A stretch of DNA of 34,527 nt from Promethearchaeota archaeon (GCA_048940645.1 JBHLOI010000038.1:1-34527); one strand, 5' to 3'. Shown: positions 8,679-19,192, counted from the first letter of the stretch. The notes: generated by a model from the letters alone, not told the origin. A program made the numbers and translations.

Positions 8679-11600
8679 ATGAAAAAGTATTGGTGCAAAT
8701 TACAATCAAAAAAAAGGTTAAAGCGAATTTCCAAATTATTGGCTTATTTTATTTTGTGCTTTATATTAATTTTTTTTTCTAACTCTAATTTAATCATTTA
8801 TTATATGTCTTCCATTAAGGGAGATAATTATTATGATCAAGATTTTAATCCAAAAACATCAGATCCACCTGTTATTTCTATTCTCTCACCAGATAATTAT
8901 ACGCTGTTTGGAAAAATTGCTCCAAATTATTCATTAACCATTACCGAAGGTATAGGAAATTATAGTTGGTATGAATTTTTAGAAACTGGTGAGAGATCTA
9001 CACCGAAGGAATTAGAAGGAACATTAAATGAAGATGTAAATGATACATTTGATCAGAATTTATGGGATAATCTTGACAATGGAACTGTAACGATTAGATT
9101 TTATGTAAATGACTCCTTAGGTGATGTAGGACAGGTAGATGCAATTGTTAGAATTGATATTATTGATCCAACTATTTCTGTCATTTCTCCAACAGGAGGC
9201 TTTTTTAATTCAACCTCTCCAGAGTATGTTATCGAAATTTCAGAGCCAAATCTAGACAAAATATGGTATACATTAAATACTGATAACATTAAGTATTTTT
9301 TCCAAGATAATGGTACCATTGATCAAAACGCCTGGAATTCATTATCAGAAGGCCCCGTTGATATAAATTTCTTTGCTAATGATTCTGTCGCTAATGAAAA
9401 TTCTGCTTCAGTTCAAGTCACAAAAGATACTGTAGATCCTGACGCTCCAATTAGCCTTTCAGCTAATCCATCTTCCTGGACGAATATTAACAATTTTAAT
9501 GTATCTTGGACGAATCCCTCAGATATGTCTGGTATTGTTGGAGCATATTATAAATTGGATGCGGCTCCAACTTCTGATATTGATGGAATTTATATAGAAG
9601 GAAGCAATATTGAAACTATTACTGGAATTATCGTAAATTCTAATGGAACTCACCCTATCTATGTATGGTTAAGAGATGCAGTAGGAAATATAGATTATAA
9701 TAACTATGCAACTACTCAATTACAATTAGATGGGGAAGATCCAAATGCTCCAAATGGATTAATTGCTACTCCATCTTCATGGACAAATATTGATAATTTT
9801 GATCTGTCTTGGACCAATCCTTCAGATATCTCTGGTATTGTGGGCGCATATTATAAGTTGGATTCAGCTCCTACTTCAGATACTGATGGAAGCTATGTTG
9901 CAGGATTAGATATTGTATCAATTTCTGGTATTTCTGTTACGACTGATGGAACTCACACTGTCTATGTATGGTTAAATGATACAGCAGGAAATATTGATTA
10001 TAATAATTATGCATCAACTCAATTATTCTTAGATACAGTAAACCCTTCTTCCGCAATTGGATTAAGTGTAACCCCGTCTTCTTGGACAAATATCAATAGT
10101 TTTAATCTTTCTTGGACCAATCCTGCCGATACTTCAGGTATTATCGGTGCCTACTATAAATTGGATTCTACTCCTACTTCAGATACGGATGGGACTTATG
10201 TTGCAGGTATAAATATTGAATCTATTCTAGATATTACTACAGGTACTGATGGAACTCATACCGCCTATGTATGGCTAGTTGACGCTGCTGGAAATATTAA
10301 TTATACTACCTATGTAACTGCACAATTTTATTTAGATACTTCAGATCCATTAATTCCATCTGGATTAATAGCAATTCCCTCTTATTGGACAAATATTAAC
10401 AATTTTAATGTATCTTGGACGAATCCTTCAGATATGTCTGGTATTGTTGGAGCATATTATAAATTGGACACGGCTCCAACTTCTGATACTGATGGAATTT
10501 ATATAGAAGGAAGCAATATTGAAAAAATTACCGGAATTACTGTAAGCTCTAACGGAACTCATACTATCTATGTATGGTTAAGAGATACAGCAGGAAACAT
10601 CAATTATAATAATTATAACATAACTTTATTGTATTTAGATGCAATTAAACCTACAATTGATGGTTTACAAGAAGGCGATGATATGTGGCGTAATTCCGGA
10701 GGTACTACGTACAATGTGGATTTTATTGATCCTAGCCCTTCTTCCAGTCTTGATTATGCTCAATATAAAATTACGAGCGCTCAAGGACAGGGTGGAATTA
10801 TTTTGGTAGATTGGACATATATTTTTACGGATCATGCAGAACCTATTTACACACTTGATTGGACAATAGATTTTGACGCATGTCAAGAAGGAACTAATTG
10901 GGTTTCTGTTCGGGTATTTGATGATGCAGGTAATTTTGAGGTAAATAATGATACATTTTACGTTAAAAAAGACACCATCAGTCCAGCATTATTAATTAAT
11001 TCTCCACAAGATGGTTCGAAATGGAATACCCAACCAGAAATTCATCTATCAGCAACAGACTTAAACCTTGATAGTGTTTGGTATACTGTGGGAGGAACAA
11101 AAGTTTTATTAACAAATGGAGTACCAGAACCTCTAAATTCTACTATTTGGTCGAGTTTATCAGGAGAGCAGGAATTCACTATTTACTTTTATGCTAATGA
11201 TACTGTTGGAAATGTAAATAACACCTATTCTCATACTTTATATAAAGATGTTCTGGCTCCCAGAATGACAATTAATAGACCATTTAATCTCACATATTAT
11301 GATGATCGTCCTCCGATAAATGTTACAGTAATTGATCCAAATTTTGCGTCTCTTACTTACACAGTTGTTGGTTATTCTCCCGCAAATATTTGGCTGAATA
11401 ACAATACAGAAGTACAACTTGATCAAAATATATGGAATCAATTACCCCAGGGAGAATTTAAACTCACTTTTTCTGCTTTTGATGATTTAGGAAATGGGAA
11501 TGAATTAAGTTTAACGTTATACAAAGATACAATTGCTCCGAAAGTAATCATAAATTCGCCCGATAATTTAACTTATTGGAATTCAGCTCCTAATATTAAT

Positions 11601-14504
11601 GTATCCGCATATGATCCTAATCTTCAAGACATTTGGTATCGAGTAGGAACTACTAATGTTTTCTTATCAAATAATTTAGAAGAATTGCTTAACGTAACTA
11701 TCTGGAATAGTTTATCTGAAGGAGCTTTTTATATAGAAATTTTTGCTAATGATACTTTTGGTCATTTGAATGATACTTATACATTATTGTTATATAAAGA
11801 TACTATTGCTCCTCAATTAACTATTAATTCTCCTAACAATAATACATATTTTGATTCTCCCCCAGATATTCATGTAATTGCTACTGATTTAGCTCTTGAT
11901 AAAATTTGGTATAAAATTGGTACAACTGAGATAGAAATACCTAATAACTCTCCGACTCCTTTAAATAGTTCATTATGGAACAGTTTAGCTCAAGGAGCAT
12001 TTATTGTAGAAATATTTGCTAATGATACATTAAATCAAATCAATAATTCTTATTCATTAATGTTATATAAAGATACCTTACCACCAATTATTATCATCAA
12101 CTCACCTATTAATAGAACAAGTTGGAATTTAGCACCTCCCATTAATGTATCTGCTATTGATCCAAACTTAGACGACATCTGGTATCGAGTTGGAGGATAT
12201 CAAGACTTATTACTAAATAATACTGCAGAATTATTAGATAATGGCGTTTGGAACTCTTTAGGGAATGGCCCTTTTGAGATCTACATTTGGGCTATTGATG
12301 ATTTTAATCATATCAGTAATAATTATGTTTTAACTTTATATAAAGATACTCAAGCTCCTGAAATAATAATAAATACGCCAGCAGCTAGTAGTAATTGGAA
12401 TGAGCCCCCAACTCTTAATGTAATGGCTATAGATCCAAGTTTAGATACAATTTGGTATCAAGTTGGATCAGATAATTTTACTTTAACCAATAACACCGAT
12501 CAAATGTTAGATCTTGATCTTTGGAATGGTTTATCTGAAGGGGCTTTTGTTATACAGTTCTTTGCTAATGATACTTTTGGATATCTTAATGATCTAGTAC
12601 AAATTACCTTGTATAAAGATACTACTCTTCCGAACGTAAATCCATATTTGCCCTACAATAATACTTATTACAGCGTAGCTCCAGATATTCTCATATATGT
12701 TAATGACTTGAATTTTGATTCAGTTTGGTATACTAGTGGAGCAACTAAAGAGTTACTTGAGGAGGGAGTATCAGAACCATTAGATGCTACAATATGGAAT
12801 AGTCTTCCCCAAGGAGAGTTCATAATAAACATTTTCGCTAATGATACAGCGGGTAATGTTAATAATACATACTTCTTCGTGTTATATAAGGATACATTAC
12901 CTCCTAACGTCTATGTTACTTCGCCTCAGTCGAACTCTTATTGGAGTAATTACCCCATTATCCATGTAATTGCTTATGACCCTAATTTTAATGTGATTCG
13001 ATATAAACTAGGCGATATGACGCCACAAGTTATTCCTAATGATACTGATTATGAAGTTCCATGGACTGTTTGGTTGCCTATACCAGATGGACCTGTTTTA
13101 TTGGAAATTTTTGCCGAAGATATTTTTGGTCAGATTAATGACTCTATTAAATTAACTATTTATAAAGATACTTCTCCGCCAGTTATAGATGTCTATTCTC
13201 CTCAACATAATGATCTTTTTGGCGTAATAGCTCCGAATTATGATATTTCTGTAATTGATGGTAATTTAGAAAAGACTTGGTACCAATTGATTGGAACATC
13301 CATTAATTCATCCTATTATTTCATTTCTGTTTTTTCTGGTATGATTAATCAGTCTGCATGGGATTTATTTGCAGATGGTACCTTAACTATCCGATTTTAT
13401 GCTAATGATTCATTAAATAATATAAACTATTTTGATAGAATAGTAAGAAAAAATACTATTGACCCAATTATCAATATTGATGATCCTCATGATTATGAAT
13501 TATTTGGTCAACAATCTCCTAACATTACAATTTATAAAAGCGGTATAGAAATTGATACTACCTGGTATACTTTAAATTATCTTAATCATACTTTTTCAGG
13601 ATTGAATATTCAACTAGATCAAAATGCCTGGAGTGCGATTGGTAATGGTACTGTTTTAATTAAGTTCTATATTAATGATAGTGCTGGAAATTTGGGTTAT
13701 GATGAAATTATTCTTCGAAAAGATATCATTATTCCCATTGTTTATATCAATTTACCCTATAATAATACCATGTGTAGAAGAGCTCCCTATATAAATATAA
13801 CCGTGGTTGATCCAAATTTAGATAAAATTTGGTATAGAACTAATGGTGAAAGCAGATATTTATTAAACAGCATTTCGCAAGCACTTGATAGTACAATTTG
13901 GGATAATTTACCCGAAGGAATCTTTACTATTGAAATCTATGCAAACGATACTGTTAGCAACTTAAATGATCTATATAAATTATATTTAGAGAAAGATTCC
14001 ATTCTTCCTAATATTACTATAATATCTCCTTCTGAGAATCAAAATGTTGGAAGAGATTCACCATTTTTTGAAATTACAGTCTTTGATATTCACTTAGATT
14101 CTACCTGGTACATTATTGAGGATATAAACGAAAAAGTGCTATTTACAGGCGAATATGGAAAAATAGATCAATCTATGTGGCAAAGTTTATGGGATAATTT
14201 AACTCACGGTGATAAAATGACAATAATTTTTTATGCTAATGACACAGTTGGGAACATTGGGCAAACAAGAGTAAATCTTGTAAAATATACTGGAGAACCT
14301 TTTGATTTCTGGAAAATACTTACTGGACCGATGGGATTTTATCTTACAATCATTGGTTTAGGTGCAATGATTCCTGCCTCTACTGTTCTTGCTAAAACAA
14401 AATATTACAAAACCTTAGATAAAAATAAAAAAAGCAAGGTTAGAAAATTTTTAACTCTTACATTTTTCACTTTAGCCTTGATAGTCTTATATTACGTTTT
14501 ATAG
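8679..14504 (+). CDS. Giant membrane-anchored surface glycoprotein A with tandem Ig-like repeats (ORF track starts at GTG 8631; ATG 8679 preferred)
   Basis: Basic N-region plus a hydrophobic signal/TM; 2 + 12 copies of a ~90-aa KDT..P...INSP.N...DPNLD.IWY...IWNSL.EG.F....ANDT.GN repeat; 4 copies of a 101-aa SSWTN repeat; two C-terminal TM helices. Confidence 0.9.
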   Translation: MKKYWCKLQSKKRLKRISKLLAYFILCFILIFFSNSNLIIYYMSSIKGDNYYDQDFNPKTSDPPVISILSPDNYTLFGKIAPNYSLTITEGIGNYSWYEFLETGERSTPKELEGTLNEDVNDTFDQNLWDNLDNGTVTIRFYVNDSLGDVGQVDAIVRIDIIDPTISVISPTGGFFNSTSPEYVIEISEPNLDKIWYTLNTDNIKYFFQDNGTIDQNAWNSLSEGPVDINFFANDSVANENSASVQVTKDTVDPDAPISLSANPSSWTNINNFNVSWTNPSDMSGIVGAYYKLDAAPTSDIDGIYIEGSNIETITGIIVNSNGTHPIYVWLRDAVGNIDYNNYATTQLQLDGEDPNAPNGLIATPSSWTNIDNFDLSWTNPSDISGIVGAYYKLDSAPTSDTDGSYVAGLDIVSISGISVTTDGTHTVYVWLNDTAGNIDYNNYASTQLFLDTVNPSSAIGLSVTPSSWTNINSFNLSWTNPADTSGIIGAYYKLDSTPTSDTDGTYVAGINIESILDITTGTDGTHTAYVWLVDAAGNINYTTYVTAQFYLDTSDPLIPSGLIAIPSYWTNINNFNVSWTNPSDMSGIVGAYYKLDTAPTSDTDGIYIEGSNIEKITGITVSSNGTHTIYVWLRDTAGNINYNNYNITLLYLDAIKPTIDGLQEGDDMWRNSGGTTYNVDFIDPSPSSSLDYAQYKITSAQGQGGIILVDWTYIFTDHAEPIYTLDWTIDFDACQEGTNWVSVRVFDDAGNFEVNNDTFYVKKDTISPALLINSPQDGSKWNTQPEIHLSATDLNLDSVWYTVGGTKVLLTNGVPEPLNSTIWSSLSGEQEFTIYFYANDTVGNVNNTYSHTLYKDVLAPRMTINRPFNLTYYDDRPPINVTVIDPNFASLTYTVVGYSPANIWLNNNTEVQLDQNIWNQLPQGEFKLTFSAFDDLGNGNELSLTLYKDTIAPKVIINSPDNLTYWNSAPNINVSAYDPNLQDIWYRVGTTNVFLSNNLEELLNVTIWNSLSEGAFYIEIFANDTFGHLNDTYTLLLYKDTIAPQLTINSPNNNTYFDSPPDIHVIATDLALDKIWYKIGTTEIEIPNNSPTPLNSSLWNSLAQGAFIVEIFANDTLNQINNSYSLMLYKDTLPPIIIINSPINRTSWNLAPPINVSAIDPNLDDIWYRVGGYQDLLLNNTAELLDNGVWNSLGNGPFEIYIWAIDDFNHISNNYVLTLYKDTQAPEIIINTPAASSNWNEPPTLNVMAIDPSLDTIWYQVGSDNFTLTNNTDQMLDLDLWNGLSEGAFVIQFFANDTFGYLNDLVQITLYKDTTLPNVNPYLPYNNTYYSVAPDILIYVNDLNFDSVWYTSGATKELLEEGVSEPLDATIWNSLPQGEFIINIFANDTAGNVNNTYFFVLYKDTLPPNVYVTSPQSNSYWSNYPIIHVIAYDPNFNVIRYKLGDMTPQVIPNDTDYEVPWTVWLPIPDGPVLLEIFAEDIFGQINDSIKLTIYKDTSPPVIDVYSPQHNDLFGVIAPNYDISVIDGNLEKTWYQLIGTSINSSYYFISVFSGMINQSAWDLFADGTLTIRFYANDSLNNINYFDRIVRKNTIDPIINIDDPHDYELFGQQSPNITIYKSGIEIDTTWYTLNYLNHTFSGLNIQLDQNAWSAIGNGTVLIKFYINDSAGNLGYDEIILRKDIIIPIVYINLPYNNTMCRRAPYINITVVDPNLDKIWYRTNGESRYLLNSISQALDSTIWDNLPEGIFTIEIYANDTVSNLNDLYKLYLEKDSILPNITIISPSENQNVGRDSPFFEITVFDIHLDSTWYIIEDINEKVLFTGEYGKIDQSMWQSLWDNLTHGDKMTIIFYANDTVGNIGQTRVNLVKYTGEPFDFWKILTGPMGFYLTIIGLGAMIPASTVLAKTKYYKTLDKNKKSKVRKFLTLTFFTLALIVLYYVL
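9426..10637 (+). repeat. 4 x 303-bp in-frame tandem repeat (SSWTN / GAYYKLD / YVWL.D..GN, FN3/Ig-like)
   Basis: Exact 303-bp period from GAT 9426 to GAT 10638; units 1 and 4 are most alike (WTNINNFNVSWTNPSDMSGIVGAYYKLD). Confidence 0.95.
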
Positions 14505-14587
14505 AATAGTAAAAAATTTCTGATTTAATTTTAAAAATAATTTTTAATATCTTTTTTTGATACGAAAAATAAAATAAAAAAAAAAAT

Positions 14588-17500
14588 TTAATAATTATAT
14601 TTAGACTTTCCTTTTCTTCTCCTTCTTAGAATAAATACCGTCGCAATTACTGCAACTCCGACTGCGCTTCCACCAATTATTATCCACATAGTTAAGTCTG
14701 GTCCAGGTTCTACTGTCGTATCTATTACAATATCTTTATTAGCACTAAGAGAACCTGGTGCTCCTGGTGTTGGTAGTGTTAATTCAGCATCGTTAAGTAC
14801 TGCATCTCGAATCGTCCCTCCATTCAGAGATAAAGCATTAATGGAGATATATTCAAGATCAGATGAATTATGGCCTGAAGCTACCGTATAGGTAAATGTT
14901 AATACAAGAAGTCCACTTCCACTACTATAATCTACTACAGCGTCTATAGAACCTGTTTCTAAAGTAAGTTGAGGAGTACCTGTGACATATACTGCTTCTG
15001 AGAAGGCGATTGTTATATAGATTACAGCGCCTGTTCCATAGGTTCCATCTGCATTAGTGGCACTAACATTTGTGATTGTTGGTCCCGTAGTATCGATGAT
15101 GATATCCTTGTTAAAACTAAGAGATCCTGAGGCTCCCGGTATTGGAAGTTCCAGATCTGCGTCATTTCCTACTACGTCTTTAATTATTCCACTTAAAGCA
15201 GTTTCATTAAAATACGCTAGATCAGAAGAAGTATGACCTGAAGCTACAGTATAAGTAAAAGTAAGAGTATCTGTTTCATTACCGCTAGTATAATAAATTA
15301 TTGTGTCAGTAATGCCTGTTTCTAGAATTAATTGGGGAAGGCCTGTTATTAATACAGCTTCAGAGAATGTTATTGTTATATAGATTACAGCACCTATTCC
15401 ATAGGTTCCATCTGCATTAGTGGAGCTTAAACTAATAACTGAAGGATTTACTATATCTAGATATAATTCTGTTGTAGCATAATTAGAATAGTCAATATTT
15501 CCAACTGCATCTTCTAACCAGATATAAACTGTATGTATTCCGTCAGAACCTACACTAATTCCGATAATTGATTCTATATCAGCACCAGCTACATAGGTTC
15601 CATCTGTATCTGAGGTAGGGGCAGAATCCAATTTATAATAGGCACCGACAATCCCAGAAAGATCTGAAGGATTGGTCCAGGTAAGATCAAAGTCATCGAT
15701 ATTTGTCCATGAAGATGGATCAGCGGAAAGTCCTGTGGGTGCAGCTGGATTTTCTTGATCCAAGTATAATAGTGTTGTATCATAATTATTATAATCAATA
15801 TTTCCTGCTGTATCATTTAACCATACGTAGACAGTGTGAGTTCCGTCGGTTGATACAGAAATACCAGAGATGGAGATACCACCTGATACATAGGTGCCAT
15901 CCGTATCTGAAGTAGGAGCAGAATCCAATTTATAGTAGGCACCGATAATACCTGAAGTGTCGACAGGATTGGTCCAAGAAAGATCAAAACTATCGGTATT
16001 TGTCCACGAAGATGGGCTGGCCATAAGCCCCGTAGGTGCGCCTGGATCAACACTATCCAAATATAGCAGGATTATAGCATAGTTATTGTAATCAATATTT
16101 CCAACAGCATCTCTCAACCATACATAGATGGTATGGGTTCCATCTGTCGAAACAGAAATACCTGAAATTGATTCTATATCAGCACCAGCTACATAGGTTC
16201 CATCTGTATCTGAGGTAGGGGCAGAATCCAATTTATAATAGGCACCGACAATCCCAGAAAGATCTGAAGGATTGGTCCAGGTAAGATCAAAGTCATCGAT
16301 ATTTGTCCAGGAAGATGGATCAGCTGAAAGGCCGATAGGATTAGTAGGATCTTCTTGATCCAGATACAATTGTGTTATGGCATCATTATTGTAGTTAATA
16401 TTTCCTGCACCATCTCTCAACCATACATAGACAGTATGAGTTCCATCGGTTGATACAGAAATACCAGAAATTGATGTACCACCTGCAACATAATCTCCAT
16501 CAGTATCGAAAGTTGGAGCCGCATCCAATTTATAATATGCTCCAACAATTCCTGAGGTATCAGCAGGATTGGTCCAGGAAAGATCAAAACTATCGGTATT
16601 TGTCCACGAAGATGGGCTTGCTGTAAGCCCAGTAGGTGAACCAGGATCTACAGTCTCTAAATATAACACTGTTGTGGCATCATTAGTGTAATCAATATTT
16701 CCTGCAGCATCTCTCAACCATACATAGACAGTATGAGTCCCGTCCGTTAATACAGATATACCCGAAATTGATTCTATATCAGCACCAGCTACATAGGTTC
16801 CATCTGTATCTGAGGTAGGGGCAGAATCCAATTTATAATAGGCACCGACAATCCCAGAAAGATCTGAAGGATTGGTCCAGGTAAGATCAAAGTCATCGAT
16901 ATTTGTCCATGAAGATGGATCAGCGGATAGACTAATTGGAGCTGCAGGATCTACAGCATCTACAATGAGATTTTTGTTTGAACCAAGGGATCCTGGAGTT
17001 CCTGGTGCAGGAAGAGTTAAATCGGCATTTAAGCCTTCTGGATCTCTAATTGTTCCTTTTAAGGGATTTATAGTGATATAATCAAGATCAGATGACTCAT
17101 GTCCTATAGCTACAGTATAGGTAAATGTTAAAGTATTTGTTTCGTTCCCACTACTATAATCTACCACAGCGTCTGAAGAACCTGTTTCTAGAGTAATATT
17201 AGGAGTACCTGTAACATAGACGATTTCTGAGAAAGTAATTTCTATATCAATAGTACCACCTGCACCATATATTTGATTAGGATCTGGAGAAGTAACTTGA
17301 GTTACAGTTGGAGTTTTTGCATCGACGAAGATATCCTTGTTAGCACCGAGAGAATTAGCAGCTCCAGGACTTGGAAGTGTTAGATCAGCATCATTTCCAA
17401 CGATACCTCGGATTGTTCCACCATTTAAACTTAGGGCTGTAGTTGAGATATAATCAAGGTCAGTAGAATAATGATCTAATTCAACTGTATAATTAAATGA

Positions 17501-19192
17501 TAAAACGTTTGTTCCATCACCACTCGTGTAATCAACTATTGCATCAGTGTCACCTGTTTCCAGAGTAAGTTGAGGCGTACCTGTAACTTCAACCGTATCA
17601 GAGAATATAACTGTGATTTCAATTGTCTCTCCTAACCTATAGGTACCATCAGGATTTGTGGAAGTGACATTACTTATTGTTAGTGGAGGTATAACATAAT
17701 TATTTATAAAAATGTTTCCTACACTATTTTCTACGATGGCATATTCAGTATTAGCAATAAAAGAATTTTCTGAAATAAGATTAGAATCACTATAATTTAA
17801 ACAAATTCCGTATGTATTTTCTTGTAGTAAATTTTCCAAAATATCATTATTGTCGCTAGAATACAAAGAAATGCCATAGTAATTGTTCGAACAGTTATTC
17901 TCTATTAATGTTGCAGCATCAACAACAGAAACTAATTTAATTCCCGCATCCATAGAAGCTGAACCTGAATTAATGAGTCTACAATTTCTAATCTTAAAGA
18001 ATTCATCAGGAGCCGTACTATTGCCAATTAGGATACAGCTACCTACACTTCCACCATCAATTACCACATCTTCAATAACATAAGGATCACTTGAACTTCC
18101 TGAACCACTGCACCATGCTCTAGTAGATGCCCATATCCAACTTTTACTTCCACTTGTTGTACTTCCGTCAATATGAATTTTTGATCCATCATGCAATGGG
18201 TTTCCATAGATAGGTAAATGATCTGTCGGATCGTATCCTGAAGTTCCTGTAATAATATAAGTATAATTAGATTCTCCAATTCCATTACCATCTAAATCCA
18301 TACCCGTATAATTGTCCCAGTAATTACCAATTTTAGTGTTATTCCAACTATTTTCAGCGAATATTCCGGGAGTATCTTCAGCATGAATACTATTATTAAT
18401 AAAGTAATTCTTATACATAAGATTATTACCACTGGTACCAACCACTCTTATACCTATTCCAGAATTATTCTTTACTAAGTTCTCATAGATTTCATTATAA
18501 CTACTTGTAGTTTGAAGTAAAATTCCATTATCATCATTAAAGGATAGCTCATTCTTAAAAATATAATTATTACTACTACTACGAAAAGCTATCCCATGCC
18601 AAGTATTATTGGTCGCAATATTTTTAAAGAGATAATTTTCGTCACAACCAGTATCTAAATAAATCCCACTATAACTATTCTCATTTAAAATATTTTCATT
18701 TACTGTATTGTTTGTACTATCAAGCATGTATATTCCCGCCTCATTAGCATTACAATAATTTTCTCTAATTGTTCCATTGTTAGTGGATATTAATTTAATT
18801 CCCGCATTATTTCCACTTAATTGGGAATTATAGGTAGTACAATTTCTAATTATGAAATATTTAATTGAATTAGCAATTAAAATACCACTACCAGTACCTT
18901 CTGCATCAATAGTCACATTTTCTATAATATACGGATCAGCCCACGTTCCAGAACCACTACACCAATCTTGACTTGCTGCCCAAGTCCAATTTTTAGCTCC
19001 AACTCCGGTTTCCGTGTCGTTAATATAAATCTCATTAAGTATCCAATAGCCTGAGGCTTTAGAGTCAAATTCATTATCTGTCCCTTCTATATTTCCCACT
19101 AAATTTTCAGGAGTCATTGGCTCTGTTAAAGAAATCAAAATTAAAAAGCATAGAAGTGTTGCAATAATCGATATTTTTTCCATTTTTTTCAT
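14588..19192 (-). CDS. Giant surface glycoprotein B: two NosD/pectin-lyase-like beta-helix regions, four GTPQLTLETG Ig-like repeats, five SSWTN repeats, C-terminal TM anchor with basic tail
   Basis: Signal peptide; Asn-rich GI.L..S.NN.I..N beta-helix repeats preceded by W.WA....WCSGSG...DPY.IE; C-terminus WIIIGGSAVGVAVIATVFILRRRRKGK. Confidence 0.9.
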   Translation of the reverse strand: MKKMEKISIIATLLCFLILISLTEPMTPENLVGNIEGTDNEFDSKASGYWILNEIYINDTETGVGAKNWTWAASQDWCSGSGTWADPYIIENVTIDAEGTGSGILIANSIKYFIIRNCTTYNSQLSGNNAGIKLISTNNGTIRENYCNANEAGIYMLDSTNNTVNENILNENSYSGIYLDTGCDENYLFKNIATNNTWHGIAFRSSSNNYIFKNELSFNDDNGILLQTTSSYNEIYENLVKNNSGIGIRVVGTSGNNLMYKNYFINNSIHAEDTPGIFAENSWNNTKIGNYWDNYTGMDLDGNGIGESNYTYIITGTSGYDPTDHLPIYGNPLHDGSKIHIDGSTTSGSKSWIWASTRAWCSGSGSSSDPYVIEDVVIDGGSVGSCILIGNSTAPDEFFKIRNCRLINSGSASMDAGIKLVSVVDAATLIENNCSNNYYGISLYSSDNNDILENLLQENTYGICLNYSDSNLISENSFIANTEYAIVENSVGNIFINNYVIPPLTISNVTSTNPDGTYRLGETIEITVIFSDTVEVTGTPQLTLETGDTDAIVDYTSGDGTNVLSFNYTVELDHYSTDLDYISTTALSLNGGTIRGIVGNDADLTLPSPGAANSLGANKDIFVDAKTPTVTQVTSPDPNQIYGAGGTIDIEITFSEIVYVTGTPNITLETGSSDAVVDYSSGNETNTLTFTYTVAIGHESSDLDYITINPLKGTIRDPEGLNADLTLPAPGTPGSLGSNKNLIVDAVDPAAPISLSADPSSWTNIDDFDLTWTNPSDLSGIVGAYYKLDSAPTSDTDGTYVAGADIESISGISVLTDGTHTVYVWLRDAAGNIDYTNDATTVLYLETVDPGSPTGLTASPSSWTNTDSFDLSWTNPADTSGIVGAYYKLDAAPTFDTDGDYVAGGTSISGISVSTDGTHTVYVWLRDGAGNINYNNDAITQLYLDQEDPTNPIGLSADPSSWTNIDDFDLTWTNPSDLSGIVGAYYKLDSAPTSDTDGTYVAGADIESISGISVSTDGTHTIYVWLRDAVGNIDYNNYAIILLYLDSVDPGAPTGLMASPSSWTNTDSFDLSWTNPVDTSGIIGAYYKLDSAPTSDTDGTYVSGGISISGISVSTDGTHTVYVWLNDTAGNIDYNNYDTTLLYLDQENPAAPTGLSADPSSWTNIDDFDLTWTNPSDLSGIVGAYYKLDSAPTSDTDGTYVAGADIESIIGISVGSDGIHTVYIWLEDAVGNIDYSNYATTELYLDIVNPSVISLSSTNADGTYGIGAVIYITITFSEAVLITGLPQLILETGITDTIIYYTSGNETDTLTFTYTVASGHTSSDLAYFNETALSGIIKDVVGNDADLELPIPGASGSLSFNKDIIIDTTGPTITNVSATNADGTYGTGAVIYITIAFSEAVYVTGTPQLTLETGSIDAVVDYSSGSGLLVLTFTYTVASGHNSSDLEYISINALSLNGGTIRDAVLNDAELTLPTPGAPGSLSANKDIVIDTTVEPGPDLTMWIIIGGSAVGVAVIATVFILRRRRKGKSKYNY
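15458..16960 (-). repeat. 5 in-frame SSWTN repeats alternating 303/297 bp (600-bp higher-order period)
   Basis: A 159-bp block recurs at 15566-15724, 16166-16324 and 16766-16924 with a single mismatch (position 16310). Confidence 0.95.

Noticed and set aside
8495-8734. 79-aa minus-strand ORF (and the similar ORFs 20512-20796 and 32800-33042)
   Set aside because: Overlap the promoters and starts of real opposite-strand genes, with low-complexity AT-driven composition
9426-16960. Repeat pairs as a diversity-generating retroelement (TR/VR)
   Set aside because: No reverse transcriptase in the window, all copies are coding, and mismatches are not confined to adenines
15589-18291. Several 66-78-aa alternative-frame ORFs inside gene B (and likewise inside gene A, dnaJ, dnaK and others)
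   Set aside because: Fully nested in strong CDSs; explained by codon bias and repeats
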